IMG/VR virus record: IMGVR_UViG_3300037963_003539
Span: 1-45,070 of that record
Origin: a virus
Taxonomy: Duplodnaviria; Caudoviricetes
Strand: one strand, 5' to 3'
DNA: 45,070 bases
The notes below the pieces were generated by a model. That model was not told the DNA's origin. It saw nothing but the letters and a program-made list of their open reading frames with translations, and did not search any database. A program made the position numbers and the translations under genes. Positions 27,631 to 37,130 of this stretch are shown piece after piece; the first letter of the stretch is position 1, and the number at the start of each line of letters is the position of its first letter.

Positions 27631-28767
27631 TTAAAATGCGCAATCTACTCTGATTACACCAAAGTCTTCGTTCTGACCAGAAATGTCAGAATTGTAGACA
27701 GGTTTCTTAAGACCCATGATCTTACCGATAGAAATACCGTTTTGGTTTCCATAGTCGAAAGTGTCTTCAACTATTTCAGGCAAACCGATATCTGCCATAG
27801 CAAGAGCTTGAGCTCCACAGAATAAACAAGCAGCGAAATCAATGTCACTACCTGATCCACCTTTCTGAGTACCAGAAGTACCCTGAGAAGTGTTTGGCAC
27901 GTGTCTGAATTCGTGAACCATGACACCGTCAACCATTAAGCTAGAAGATCCAGCAAATAGTTCGTTGTTTGGTCCTCTGACACCAGCGCTTCTTACGTTT
28001 GATAAGAAGTCTGAGTCTAGTTTCAGATCAGCCATTACTTGTGGAGTAACGAATAAATGATACATTTCTTCATTACCATTTCCTCTCATACCTCTAATGT
28101 ATTGGTCTTTAGCATATGCTTTCAACTCAACAATAGTGCTGTAAGACATTGTGTCAGCAGCAACTAAAGCAGAAGTATCACCAGCAACTAAACCACTAGT
28201 TGCGTCGACTCTTCTGTGTCTGTTAGAAGTAGGAGCAGTTACATCACCATTAAAGGCAAGGTCAGACAAGTTAGCACCTGAACCTAGTACTGGTCTAGTC
28301 GCAGCAGAACCACCGATGTTGTTGTTCTTTCTGTTGTAGTCAATACCAGCCAAAGTCAAGAATGCAATTTGGTCTAGTCTGTCCGCCATTGCGTATGCAA
28401 GTGCGTCTCTTGAGTGCTCACGGAAGTTGACAACAGATTTTTGATCCGCTAAACGACCAGATAGTCTGTTCGCAAATCTTAATTGATCTAATTGTACAAC
28501 GATGTCGAATGCTCTTAGTGCTTCTTCATTACCTTCGAGAGTGTTATCACCAACGATACCATCACCAGTCATGTCAGCTAAAAGTGTTAATACAGCTCTA
28601 GCTCCTTTTTCTGATTGAGTAAGTTCATTTATTCTCTGAACCATAGCGTTGGGTCCACTACCCGCGAATTGGTTAATGAAGGACATGTTTCGAGCGACTC
28701 TCCAAAAATCACGAGACCAGATAGTAAGCTGTTCACTGGTCAACGCGCTGAAATTTGTATTAGCCAT
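27631..28767 (-). CDS. Major capsid protein, N4-gp56/DUF4043 family
   Basis: G.VGDNTLEGNEEAL, Q.R.A, LFCGAQALA.A, EDTFDYGNQ.GI..GKI.G.KK, DFGVI; start re-assigned to MANTNF after GGAGG. Confidence 0.9.
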   Translation of the reverse strand: MANTNFSALTSEQLTIWSRDFWRVARNMSFINQFAGSGPNAMVQRINELTQSEKGARAVLTLLADMTGDGIVGDNTLEGNEEALRAFDIVVQLDQLRFANRLSGRLADQKSVVNFREHSRDALAYAMADRLDQIAFLTLAGIDYNRKNNNIGGSAATRPVLGSGANLSDLAFNGDVTAPTSNRHRRVDATSGLVAGDTSALVAADTMSYSTIVELKAYAKDQYIRGMRGNGNEEMYHLFVTPQVMADLKLDSDFLSNVRSAGVRGPNNELFAGSSSLMVDGVMVHEFRHVPNTSQGTSGTQKGGSGSDIDFAACLFCGAQALAMADIGLPEIVEDTFDYGNQNGISIGKIMGLKKPVYNSDISGQNEDFGVIRVDCAF

Positions 28768-28794
28768 TAGGCCCTCCAAATAAAAATTAATAAA

Positions 28795-28960
28795 ATAACC
28801 AATCGCTATTTGGGGCGATATCCCGTATACCCTTTATCGTTGGGATACGATACCGTAGGTTTTACGAGCACGACCTCGAACAGTTAACGTCGTTGTAGAC
28901 GAAAAAACGATTTTTATACTGAACGACCAGTTGTTGGATATCGTTCCAACCGACGAATTC
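28795..28960 (-). promoter_or_regulatory. Structured 5' leader of the capsid gene (about six small hairpins)
   Basis: Minus-strand stems GTTGGA/TCCAAC, ACTG/CAGT, CGTC/GACG, CGAG/CTCG, CGTATCCC/GGGTATACG, ATCGC/GCGAT. Confidence 0.55.
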
Positions 28961-28979
28961 TTTAATACTATACTACTAT

Positions 28980-30017
28980 TTAGTCAAAGTCACCACGCAT
29001 TCTGCGTAAAGTTTCTTCTGGTAGTGCACTAAACTCATCATCAGACAGCACATTTATATCTACAATTTTCTTGTTTTTAGTAGATTCACCTTTCATTTCG
29101 GGTGGTTGAGATTGCGAAGCTTGTACTTTTTTAGATACATTTGCTTTTGCTTTCTTGTCTTGCACTGCTTGACTAAGTTTAGGGGCAGGATCAGCTGCAG
29201 TTGTACCGTCCCCTTGTAAGAGTTCGGGTTTTTTACTTAGTAGTGTAACTTCAGTAGCTTTTGCTAAGGAATCAGCAGCGCCATACCCTTGATAAATAAA
29301 AGCATCACGTAATTCCATTACTTCATTTGTTAGTTTTTCATCATAAGATTTACTTTTTTCATCAAATATAGGAAAAACTTCCATAATTTCACTAGCTTTC
29401 TGTTGTAACTCACGAGACTCCCTATCCTGTTGCACAGTTTGACCCATTTTACTTTGGACTTCAGATAATAATTCTGCTCTTTCAGCAGTTCTTATTTCTT
29501 CTCTTAGTTCTGCAGCCCTATCTGTTTCACCTTCTAATACTAAGTCTTGGTATTCTTTTTCTTTGGTAACAAAATCATACTTAGGAGTAGCATCTTCAGC
29601 GGGTTTTTCTTCCATGTCTTGAATAATTTTTTGCATCTCTTTATTTTTTGCAAGTACTTCATCAAGACGTGACTTAGGCACCATAGGTGCTTTAGTTTCT
29701 ACCTCTGGTCCTTCCTCCACTGCTTCCACAGGCTGTTCATCATTTCCCGGAACATTTTCTTGTTCTCCTGATGGTTCTTCATTTTCTGTTTCGTTTGTAA
29801 CAGTTTCTTCGACTTGCTCTTCTGCAACTTCTTCTGTTGCTTCCTCTGCAACAGGTTCTTCTTCTGTTGCTTCTTCTTCTTGACCTTCTTCAACTTCTTC
29901 CTCCGTGTTTTCAAAGTTCATATCTACTTCAAACGGTTTTACGTCTTCCTCTGTTTTTGGATCAGCACCCGGCATTCCGTCGAATACTAATTCCTCATTA
30001 TTTTTATCTTTAGCCAT
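28980..30017 (-). CDS. Capsid scaffolding protein
   Basis: Acidic N-terminus, VPKSRLDEV motif, C-terminal DEFSALPEETLRRMRGD; between portal and capsid genes. Confidence 0.85.
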   Translation of the reverse strand: MAKDKNNEELVFDGMPGADPKTEEDVKPFEVDMNFENTEEEVEEGQEEEATEEEPVAEEATEEVAEEQVEETVTNETENEEPSGEQENVPGNDEQPVEAVEEGPEVETKAPMVPKSRLDEVLAKNKEMQKIIQDMEEKPAEDATPKYDFVTKEKEYQDLVLEGETDRAAELREEIRTAERAELLSEVQSKMGQTVQQDRESRELQQKASEIMEVFPIFDEKSKSYDEKLTNEVMELRDAFIYQGYGAADSLAKATEVTLLSKKPELLQGDGTTAADPAPKLSQAVQDKKAKANVSKKVQASQSQPPEMKGESTKNKKIVDINVLSDDEFSALPEETLRRMRGDFD

Positions 30018-32122
30018 TATTTACCTCCTGAGTTTTTCATAGCTTCGGCAGCCAGTTTAGTTGCCGCTTGGGTTTCACTTTGTCCTTGCCTCATTCTATT
30101 AGTCATCGCAGATAACTCTTGTCGTAAGGCGAGTTCTTGTTGCTTCATTTGCATTTTACTTTGTATCTCAGCTACTTTAATTTGTGGATCGGCAGTAGTC
30201 TCTTGAGCTTTAGCCATATTAAGTTGAGATAGTGATTGTAAATTCTGTACTTCGGCTTCCATCTTAGCAATCTCAAGTTGTATTTTCTTGATTTCAGCTT
30301 CAGCTTGGAAGGCTTGTATTTGAGCCTGTTCTTCACTCATTGGTTCCATACCCTGCATTATACGTATACGTTTAGCAACTTCACCTTTTTTCGCTAAGTG
30401 TGAATAGTCAACAATTAAGTCATCTGGTATTGGTACACCAACCTGTCTTAGTTGTATCGCCTCAGCAAATTGTACTTCATCATAATTATCACGAGTAGGC
30501 ATAGTACCGATTACCACTTTGTATTCACCTAAAGTTAAATCATTTATAACATCTCCTTCTGGAGTTACTGCATTGACTCGCAATGGAACTTCCGGCTTCA
30601 TTGGGTCAGCTTCATCGGTAATTTGAATTAGACGTTCTTCTGTGTAATACGCCTGTACCAGACGTAGAATATGTTCTGCTAAATATTGTCTAGTTTTTTG
30701 TAAATTATCTAATGGCACTTGAATCATAAGCGCCCCTCGGTTTTGTTTTGCTTGGATAGCTACTCCTGATACCTCAGGACTATCAGTACCCAACATAGCA
30801 TCACTAATACCACTAATCTGCTTAATGTTAGCTGCAGCCTTTTGGCTAATCCTATCTAGGCCGGTGGGAATCTGATTCGGTGGTATCTTCGCTGGGGGGG
30901 AGGATCCGCGATTATACTCTAGTACTAAACCAGTTTCCGCACCGTGTTCTTCTAAATCGTCAGCGGTCATACCATTTAATGACCCGTTCTCTACAATCCA
31001 ACCACTGTTAGCTGTAGTGTTTACGATATGTAATTCTTGTGAACTTATCTTGTTCAATTGTTCTTGTGGAGATATTAAGTTTCTTACCATGCCAAATGGT
31101 CTACCTCTTCGCCAGTACGGGAAGTAGGGCACGATTGTGAAACACTCATAGGGTGACCAGTCATCATGTAGTACAACTTTATCTGCTGTAACAGTCCAAC
31201 GCACTTTACGATCCTGTCGTGTAAGTATGTCTAAACCATAATCATCGGCAAATTTATCCCTTTTACGTTTTCCCCAATTAGTAGGGACTTGTCGCATATC
31301 ACCAGTAACTCTATCTACGTAGTAAGTACACTCTTTGAGTTGGTAATACTGCCTTTCGATAACTCTTACTGCACGTAATTGTCTATTTTCTTCTGGATTG
31401 GTTGTACTGCTTTGGTTGTACTCTACACCACTATAGGTATCACCATACCTTGTTTCTTCATACTCTACAGAGTCTTGGCCCATAGTGTTGCCATATTCTG
31501 CAGCTACTCTTAATCTATCTGCTGGTTTCTGACCATATTGTTCTTCTATCTGATCTAAACTCATCCACTTGGTTTCAAATATTTCATTCCAAGTTTTAGG
31601 ATCATACTCCTTGGCGTCAGGGTCAATCAGAATGTCTAACGGATCCTTGGTACTTATACGCACTTCTCCCTGGATATGATCCGTGAAATCTATTCTTACA
31701 TCAAAATAGCCTCGGTCTTGAATAAGACCATCAGCAAAAACTGTACCCTCTAGCCAGTCTAATTTATTGTTTGCAGAAATCTGTAAATACAATTTATTAA
31801 GGACATTAGCAATCTCCTGAGTACCATTACCTGTTGGTTTAAAATTAACATCTGCTCTTCGAGTACTTTGCTCACCCAACACAGTGTTAACAGTAGGAAG
31901 TATTGTATTAATTGTAAGAGCTGGACGCCCTTCATCATCTAAAGATGCTACATCAGCCGGATCCCATTGGTTACCACGATAAAAAGCATCACATTTTTTA
32001 GCAGTTTCGATATACTCTAAGTGACCATTATCACGCGCGCGTTCATAACGCTCAAACTGATTGGTTGCTATATAATGCTCTTCTTCTGTACTTAACTTTT
32101 TCTTTTTCTTGCTGTAATCCAT
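30017..32122 (-). CDS. Portal protein, P22-like
   Basis: FYRGNQW, GRPALTIN.I.P.V..VLG, GMVRNL..PQ..LNK, SGVAI.AKQ and a C-terminal coiled-coil barrel. Confidence 0.92.
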   Translation of the reverse strand: MDYSKKKKKLSTEEEHYIATNQFERYERARDNGHLEYIETAKKCDAFYRGNQWDPADVASLDDEGRPALTINTILPTVNTVLGEQSTRRADVNFKPTGNGTQEIANVLNKLYLQISANNKLDWLEGTVFADGLIQDRGYFDVRIDFTDHIQGEVRISTKDPLDILIDPDAKEYDPKTWNEIFETKWMSLDQIEEQYGQKPADRLRVAAEYGNTMGQDSVEYEETRYGDTYSGVEYNQSSTTNPEENRQLRAVRVIERQYYQLKECTYYVDRVTGDMRQVPTNWGKRKRDKFADDYGLDILTRQDRKVRWTVTADKVVLHDDWSPYECFTIVPYFPYWRRGRPFGMVRNLISPQEQLNKISSQELHIVNTTANSGWIVENGSLNGMTADDLEEHGAETGLVLEYNRGSSPPAKIPPNQIPTGLDRISQKAAANIKQISGISDAMLGTDSPEVSGVAIQAKQNRGALMIQVPLDNLQKTRQYLAEHILRLVQAYYTEERLIQITDEADPMKPEVPLRVNAVTPEGDVINDLTLGEYKVVIGTMPTRDNYDEVQFAEAIQLRQVGVPIPDDLIVDYSHLAKKGEVAKRIRIMQGMEPMSEEQAQIQAFQAEAEIKKIQLEIAKMEAEVQNLQSLSQLNMAKAQETTADPQIKVAEIQSKMQMKQQELALRQELSAMTNRMRQGQSETQAATKLAAEAMKNSGGK

Positions 32123-33771
32123 TAAGAACTCATAGCTGATTTACGTTTATCACTCTTGACTAGATACTTAAGTTTATCTCGCCAAGACGGTTCATGTTCT
32201 ATCTTCTCTACAAAAGTAGCGAATTCTGTCATCATCAATCCTATCCATGCTAACGCGTCCACTTGGTCATCATGTACCCCGTTTGGAAAACGCAAAAGTT
32301 CCGCAATAAGCGGACCAACCCATACCGGATCTTTCGGAAAGTATACCATGCCTTGTTGCATTCTACCTTGTATTGCTCTAGCTCTCGCTTCCTTGTCTCG
32401 TCTACCTACTTTTAAATCTTTAAAGTAAGCTTCATTAAGTCCACGTTCTCGAACACGTTTCTGTAGAAACGGACCTAAGGCCATCTCTATGTGACCTTTC
32501 TCGATGCCCACCACATGTGGTCGCCACACCTCGAAGAGATCCAGTATTTGTTCAACAAGTTCAAAACCGTCGTACTTCCCTCTTATGCAATCTACTACGT
32601 ATAAATTATCGTATTCATCAACACCAACAACTACTCCTACAGAGTAATCGTTACGTTCTCGTTGACCAATCGCCAAATCCCATGCGCAATAGAAGCGTAA
32701 TCTGTCAAAGTCTACTTCATTTTCGTCATAATACCTAATCATTTCTCGGTTAAAGTACTCACCTTCATCCGATACTGGGTTCTGTTGATACAACGCTGAC
32801 CAGTCTCTCGGACCTACCGCTTTTTGAATCTGGGTCAGAGCTTCTGAGCTGTACCTCTCTGGGTGAAGCGCATCGCCCTTTTCTCGAAACTCTTCGTCCT
32901 TCTCAGCGATGGCTGGATACTTAACAACTTCCCACTGATCCGCGCCCGCGGCTGCCGCTTGTAATAACCTACCAGCTAAATCGTCATCGTGCCATCGGGT
33001 AAGAATTACGAGTACACCACCGCCCGGAGCGAGTCGTGTATACGCAGTAGATGTATACCAATCCCAGACCGCATCCCGATTGTACTCGGATTCTGCGTCC
33101 TCTCTGTTTTTGACTGGGTCATCGATGACGAGCACGTGCGCTCCTTTACCAGTAATACCACCACCAACACCCGCGGCTACATAACCACCGCCCTTGGTTG
33201 TATTCCATGATTCTACGGACTGCGAACTAGGGTCGAGCGATACACCAGAAAAGACATTCTTAAAATTAGGTTCTCTCAGTTGATGACGAACCTTACGACT
33301 AAAGTTCATGGCCAACGATCCAGAGTACGAACAGCTAATAAACTCATGTTCAGGGTTCTTGCCCAAATGCCAAGCTGGAAACGCAACAGAAGCCAAAGTA
33401 GATTTACCGTGTCGTGGTGGCATAAACAACATAAGTCTGGGTGACTTTCTGTCATTTACATCTTGGCTGAACTGTTCCAACCGTAGGCATATGTCCTTGT
33501 GTACCCAACCCGGAACGTAGTCTGGATTGAAACGCTCAACGAATGGTAACAAGTGTTTACGGGCCAGGGCTCGTAATGCAAGTTCTTTTTGGGCTTTTAG
33601 TTGTTCAGTTTCTTCTGGAGTTGGTTCTTCTGGAGTTTCTTCGATTACAGGTTCTTCAATACGTTCCGCTTCGTCGGCTTTACAGTACACGCAGATCTGA
33701 TCATCACTGGGGTACAGTGTATCTGGATGTAACGCTTTACACGTTAGGCATTCAATCTTGTTTATTTCCAT
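32122..33771 (-). CDS. terL: Terminase large subunit
   Basis: Walker A MPPRHGKS, GITGKGA, Walker B VIDDP.K, TRWH..DL.G, AWDLA and HDDQVDA nuclease motifs; start re-assigned to MEINKIEC. Confidence 0.95.
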   Translation of the reverse strand: MEINKIECLTCKALHPDTLYPSDDQICVYCKADEAERIEEPVIEETPEEPTPEETEQLKAQKELALRALARKHLLPFVERFNPDYVPGWVHKDICLRLEQFSQDVNDRKSPRLMLFMPPRHGKSTLASVAFPAWHLGKNPEHEFISCSYSGSLAMNFSRKVRHQLREPNFKNVFSGVSLDPSSQSVESWNTTKGGGYVAAGVGGGITGKGAHVLVIDDPVKNREDAESEYNRDAVWDWYTSTAYTRLAPGGGVLVILTRWHDDDLAGRLLQAAAAGADQWEVVKYPAIAEKDEEFREKGDALHPERYSSEALTQIQKAVGPRDWSALYQQNPVSDEGEYFNREMIRYYDENEVDFDRLRFYCAWDLAIGQRERNDYSVGVVVGVDEYDNLYVVDCIRGKYDGFELVEQILDLFEVWRPHVVGIEKGHIEMALGPFLQKRVRERGLNEAYFKDLKVGRRDKEARARAIQGRMQQGMVYFPKDPVWVGPLIAELLRFPNGVHDDQVDALAWIGLMMTEFATFVEKIEHEPSWRDKLKYLVKSDKRKSAMSS

Positions 33772-34162
33772 CTGAAAATCTTTTGACGCTATCACTATCC
33801 ATAATAACATGTACTTCTGCTGATCTTTGATTAGCAATCTTAGGGTCGTAAATAGGCCAAAGCCCCTGTTCTATTTCATCTTTCCAATATGCTAATGCTT
33901 GGCCTTCTTGCATGGGTTTATTATCATTGTGTCCGGGTACAAACCCTGGAACAGAAGCAATCATCCCTTTGTATTTACCTTCCTGTACCATAGGCCCCAT
34001 CATAAATGCAGTCATAACTCTTCCATCAGGGCTTGTTGCCCCAACATCTAAATTTCTTCTATGGTAAGCAATAACACGTTGTTCAGGTTCAGTTAAAGTT
34101 GCCTCTACCTGATCTGCATACTGAAATAATTCCTCTTTAGACTCAAATTTACCGTCTTTCAT
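33752..34162 (-). CDS. Hypothetical protein inserted between terS and terL
   Basis: 136-aa ORF overlapping both neighbours. Confidence 0.7.
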   Translation of the reverse strand: MKDGKFESKEELFQYADQVEATLTEPEQRVIAYHRRNLDVGATSPDGRVMTAFMMGPMVQEGKYKGMIASVPGFVPGHNDNKPMQEGQALAYWKDEIEQGLWPIYDPKIANQRSAEVHVIMDSDSVKRFSDGNKQD

Positions 34163-34668
34163 TATTTATCTTCTTTTTTAGGCATAAGATATTGGTTATC
34201 AGTTCCCGCTATCTTAAGTAATTCAGAATCTGGTAGCTTCTCTAGTTGTTCTACAGTTCTATCCAGATTGATGTTGATTTGTGTAGCATGCTCTGGAGCA
34301 AATAGACCGTGGAGCTTGCACAATGAATCGGTAATAACTTTCTCTTCTGTCGCTGTTACCGATTTACGGTGCGCTTCCAAGTACATGCTTGTCGCTGTTT
34401 GTTTATCAAACTTAATTTCTTCTTTGAATTCTTCGCGCATCTTAGCAACCATCTTCTGTACTGCTGGTTTCTTAAATACTTTATAAACATGCTCATTATC
34501 CCTATATCCAGCTGCGCGTCCCGCTGCAGCTTTCGACATGCCACGGAGATGAAAAAGGATGAGGCGTTCTTCTTGAACACTTAGCTCATTGAGTTTGACA
34601 TCGACATAGGGATAATGAGACTGAAGCTCGGCCCTTTCTTGTTCAAAATTTTGGTCTTTATCAGTCAT
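34162..34668 (-). CDS. terS: Terminase small subunit
   Basis: L..QEER...G.SKAAAGRAAGY HTH motif, L.KLHGLF; upstream of terL. Confidence 0.75.
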   Translation of the reverse strand: MTDKDQNFEQERAELQSHYPYVDVKLNELSVQEERLILFHLRGMSKAAAGRAAGYRDNEHVYKVFKKPAVQKMVAKMREEFKEEIKFDKQTATSMYLEAHRKSVTATEEKVITDSLCKLHGLFAPEHATQININLDRTVEQLEKLPDSELLKIAGTDNQYLMPKKEDK

Positions 34669-35146
34669 TTTCTTTGAATTCTACTATATTTTTAGCCCAC
34701 CAATAAAGCTCATCTTCTCTTAAAGTGTGTTTTAACATATTTGCTCTACTACAAACTAGTTGGATATTGGTGACTAAATACTCAATGTCTGGGTTTATTC
34801 GATCAATAGAGGCATTCAAATCTTTTCTGCCATTACCGTCTTTATGATAAGTCATAAACAATCCAGTCAATGCACACCTACCTTCTTGCTTATCCCATAG
34901 TTCTAAAACATCTTCTAATTCAATATCCCAAACAACTTTAGATTTTTCTTTTTTAGTTCTTCCGTGTTTAAGTTGGCCGAAAAGGCGGGTTAGGTATGCT
35001 TGTGGTGTTGCACTAGCAGCTTTTCGTCGTACCATGTCAACACAGGGCTTACACTTTTTTGAATAGACTGTGCCACGATCATTTCGGACTCCAAAATCCT
35101 CTAAAGGCAACTCCTTTTTGCAAGAAGTACATTTCCTCGTACTCAT
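34661..35146 (-). CDS. HNH-like (His-Me finger) endonuclease with N-terminal zinc finger
   Basis: CTSC...CKPC, W..QEGRCALTG, SIDRI....Y...NIQLVC..AN..K. Confidence 0.7.
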   Translation of the reverse strand: MSTRKCTSCKKELPLEDFGVRNDRGTVYSKKCKPCVDMVRRKAASATPQAYLTRLFGQLKHGRTKKEKSKVVWDIELEDVLELWDKQEGRCALTGLFMTYHKDGNGRKDLNASIDRINPDIEYLVTNIQLVCSRANMLKHTLREDELYWWAKNIVEFKEND

Positions 35147-35266
35147 GCTTGCTAACTGTAGCATAAATTTTTGCTAGAAAATTTTTTTGTGAAAATTTTT
35201 TTCTATATCGCTCATGCAAGGCACCCCTTACTTAGAGAGACCCAGCCACTAGTCCCGAATCTGAGT

Positions 35267-35307
35267 TTGGAACCTTGTCCCACAAAAAGTAGCATTGGAA
35301 CCTTGTC
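35267..35307 (+). repeat. 13-bp direct repeat TTGGAACCTTGTC (two copies)
   Basis: Exact copies at 35267 and 35295 in the divergent intergenic region. Confidence 0.8.
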
Positions 35308-35412
35308 AAAAGTTAGAGTCAGTTAGCTTCGGCAGAGACATCTTATTTAGCTAAAGCTTGGTATAAAACTTTATACTTCTCCCCACTACCCCACAGGATT
35401 TATACATTTTCG

Positions 35413-35444
35413 TACATAAAGCTACGCATTTAATGTAGATATAG
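35413..35444 (+). promoter_or_regulatory. Early hairpin element, copy 1
   Basis: TACA-TAAA-GCTACGC-A-TTTA-A-TGTA-GATATAG upstream of the first rightward gene. Confidence 0.7.
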
Positions 35445-35508
35445 CCTCATTGTGATTGGTAGAGATAGGCTCTATCAGCACTTATCTTTTTTTATTTATG
35501 GAGAAATT

Positions 35509-35880
35509 ATGAATAAGAAAATCGTAGAGAAAAGTTTGAAAGTATTCGCTCTTAAGAATGATACTTTTAAAACTTCTGACCCAGTTATCCAAATAGCTGT
35601 TGTCAATTCTAAAGGCGAAAAAGAGTATGTAAATCTTGGTCGCAATACTGGTCGTTGTCTTGAAGGTTTCAAGAATGACGGAAGAATAACCCTTCAGAAT
35701 ACTGGAGATAACCTGTTGCAGAGAAAACAATCTCTTGACGTTCTTCAGTCTCACATCGACACTGCTAGGAAGTTCGGTAATTGCAAATTAGAGTTCACCC
35801 TCTTTGATGCTAAAAACTGGAATGAAGATGAACCTCAGTCAGCTGAACAACCTGACGATGAAGGAAATCCTCTTGAGTAG
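35509..35880 (+). CDS. Hypothetical early protein
   Basis: ATG after GGAGA (start re-assigned to MNKKIV); acidic C-terminal tail. Confidence 0.7.
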   Translation: MNKKIVEKSLKVFALKNDTFKTSDPVIQIAVVNSKGEKEYVNLGRNTGRCLEGFKNDGRITLQNTGDNLLQRKQSLDVLQSHIDTARKFGNCKLEFTLFDAKNWNEDEPQSAEQPDDEGNPLE

Positions 35881-36196
35881 TTCAGGTAAATCAAATGTCC
35901 AGAAGGCAAAGAGTATCTTCTGGACTACCTTGTACTTAGGTAAAGATATTGGTAGTAAAAGCTTAGACATTGCAGACAAGAGCTTAAACACTCTTAGTCA
36001 ATGGATTGCTAATGTCCACGACCAAGCTAATACTCCCAATCCGATTAACCCAGAGCTTGTAGAACTTGAAAAACAACTCAATAACCTCTCTCCTGAACTT
36101 AAAGAGAAGGTTGAGAAAGGTATCAAGGCTATAATCTCACAAATTATGGAGAATGATGCTAGAGAACGCACTAATGATAAGTCAGATAGTGTATAA
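35858..36196 (+). CDS. Hypothetical early protein
   Basis: Overlaps the previous gene; start uncertain (MKEILL). Confidence 0.55.
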   Translation: MKEILLSSSGKSNVQKAKSIFWTTLYLGKDIGSKSLDIADKSLNTLSQWIANVHDQANTPNPINPELVELEKQLNNLSPELKEKVEKGIKAIISQIMENDARERTNDKSDSV

Positions 36197-36269
36197 CCTT
36201 ACCTTACCAGTATTCGCTACTGTAAGTGTAATGGTAGCCTTTAAAATGTTCACTGGTTTTAAAGACTAA
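36153..36269 (+). CDS. Small hydrophobic protein, 38 aa
   Basis: MMLENALMISQIVYNLTLPVFATVSVMVAFKMFTGFKD after GGAG; ends just before a terminator. Confidence 0.45.
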   Translation: MMLENALMISQIVYNLTLPVFATVSVMVAFKMFTGFKD

Positions 36270-36275
36270 CACTTC

Positions 36276-36331
36276 GTCAGAGTACCTACAATCCTCCCTT
36301 TTCACTTCGTAGGTACTCTGACACTTTTTTT
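36276..36331 (+). terminator. Rho-independent terminator with a large pyrimidine-rich loop
   Basis: Perfect 14-bp stem GTCAGAGTACCTAC/GTAGGTACTCTGAC followed by a T-run. Confidence 0.8.
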
Positions 36332-36430
36332 ATGACCTTCAATTGGCATGTGTGCCTACTATCATCAAGCTTATTATTACTATCATCAGCTTGTCTGATG
36401 ATGTCTGCTGGTACGCGGTTGGTTGCCGAT

Positions 36431-36775
36431 GGTACAGAGTTGTGCAACCAAGGTGTACCGGGTGTACCACCAGTGTACCGGCTAATTCAGCGTGTGCTGG
36501 TACACCTGAAATGCCTGCTGGCGTTGACTTTCAGCGTGCGAACGTCGAAGTGTACCGGGTGTACCACAGGTTTTGCGTTAGCTTTAGAGATAGACCGTAG
36601 ACCGTGGTTATAGAATCTTTGTTTAAACTAACAATTAACCGGTACAAATGGTACACCTACGACGAATCCTAGCTAACGCAGGGCTTTCCGGTGTACCACT
36701 AGGTTTTTCATTGTGGTACACCCAACAGCGAAAGCTCAATGAAATCAACAGCTTAAGGTGTACCAGGGTGTACCA
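36431..36775. repeat. Iteron-like field: 13 copies of TGTACC/GGTACA in both orientations; candidate replication origin
   Basis: Copies at about 36431, 36454, 36463, 36474, 36499, 36551, 36560, 36641, 36650, 36692, 36715, 36759 and 36769. Confidence 0.75.
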
Positions 36776-36791
36776 GCAAGACAGCTATTCA

Positions 36792-36824
36792 TACAATATG
36801 CTACGCCATATATGTAGATATAGT
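36792..36824 (+). promoter_or_regulatory. Early hairpin element, copy 2
   Basis: TACA-ATAT-GCTACGC-C-ATAT-A-TGTA-GATATAGT, then an AT-rich leader and the AATATAGGAG RBS. Confidence 0.7.
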
Positions 36825-36866
36825 TTAATTTTAATAATAATTCTAATTTTAAATATAGGAGTAAAT

Positions 36867-37130
36867 ATGGAAATATTAATGTATGTAGTTCTGAGTTTTG
36901 GCTCAGGACTTATTTTGGGTGGTCTTCTAACTATAAGACCTACGATGAAACTTCAATCTGAAGTAAAAGAAGACATGGACTGGGTATCTGACAAGTTAGA
37001 TTGGATAGGCGAGCAGTTCGACTTCATACGAGCACAGCAACAAAGGCTGGCTATTGCTAGTTCAAAGCTTGGTGTTGATATCAGCACTAAAGCTATGAAA
37101 GAAAACTGTGTTGATGCGGAGATTCTATAA
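36867..37130 (+). CDS. Hypothetical protein with N-terminal TM helix and coiled coil
   Basis: Start re-assigned to MEILMY after AGGAG. Confidence 0.7.
   Translation: MEILMYVVLSFGSGLILGGLLTIRPTMKLQSEVKEDMDWVSDKLDWIGEQFDFIRAQQQRLAIASSKLGVDISTKAMKENCVDAEIL

Noticed and set aside
329-34584. Numerous + strand ORFs opposite the late genes (and - strand ORFs opposite the early genes)
   Set aside because: Antisense shadows of long coding regions with no recognisable motifs.
36332-36866. ORFs 36332..36613 and 36343..36600, and the N-terminal extension of 36648..37130
   Set aside because: No RBS, they overlie the iteron field, and the translations mirror the repeats; the real start is at 36867.
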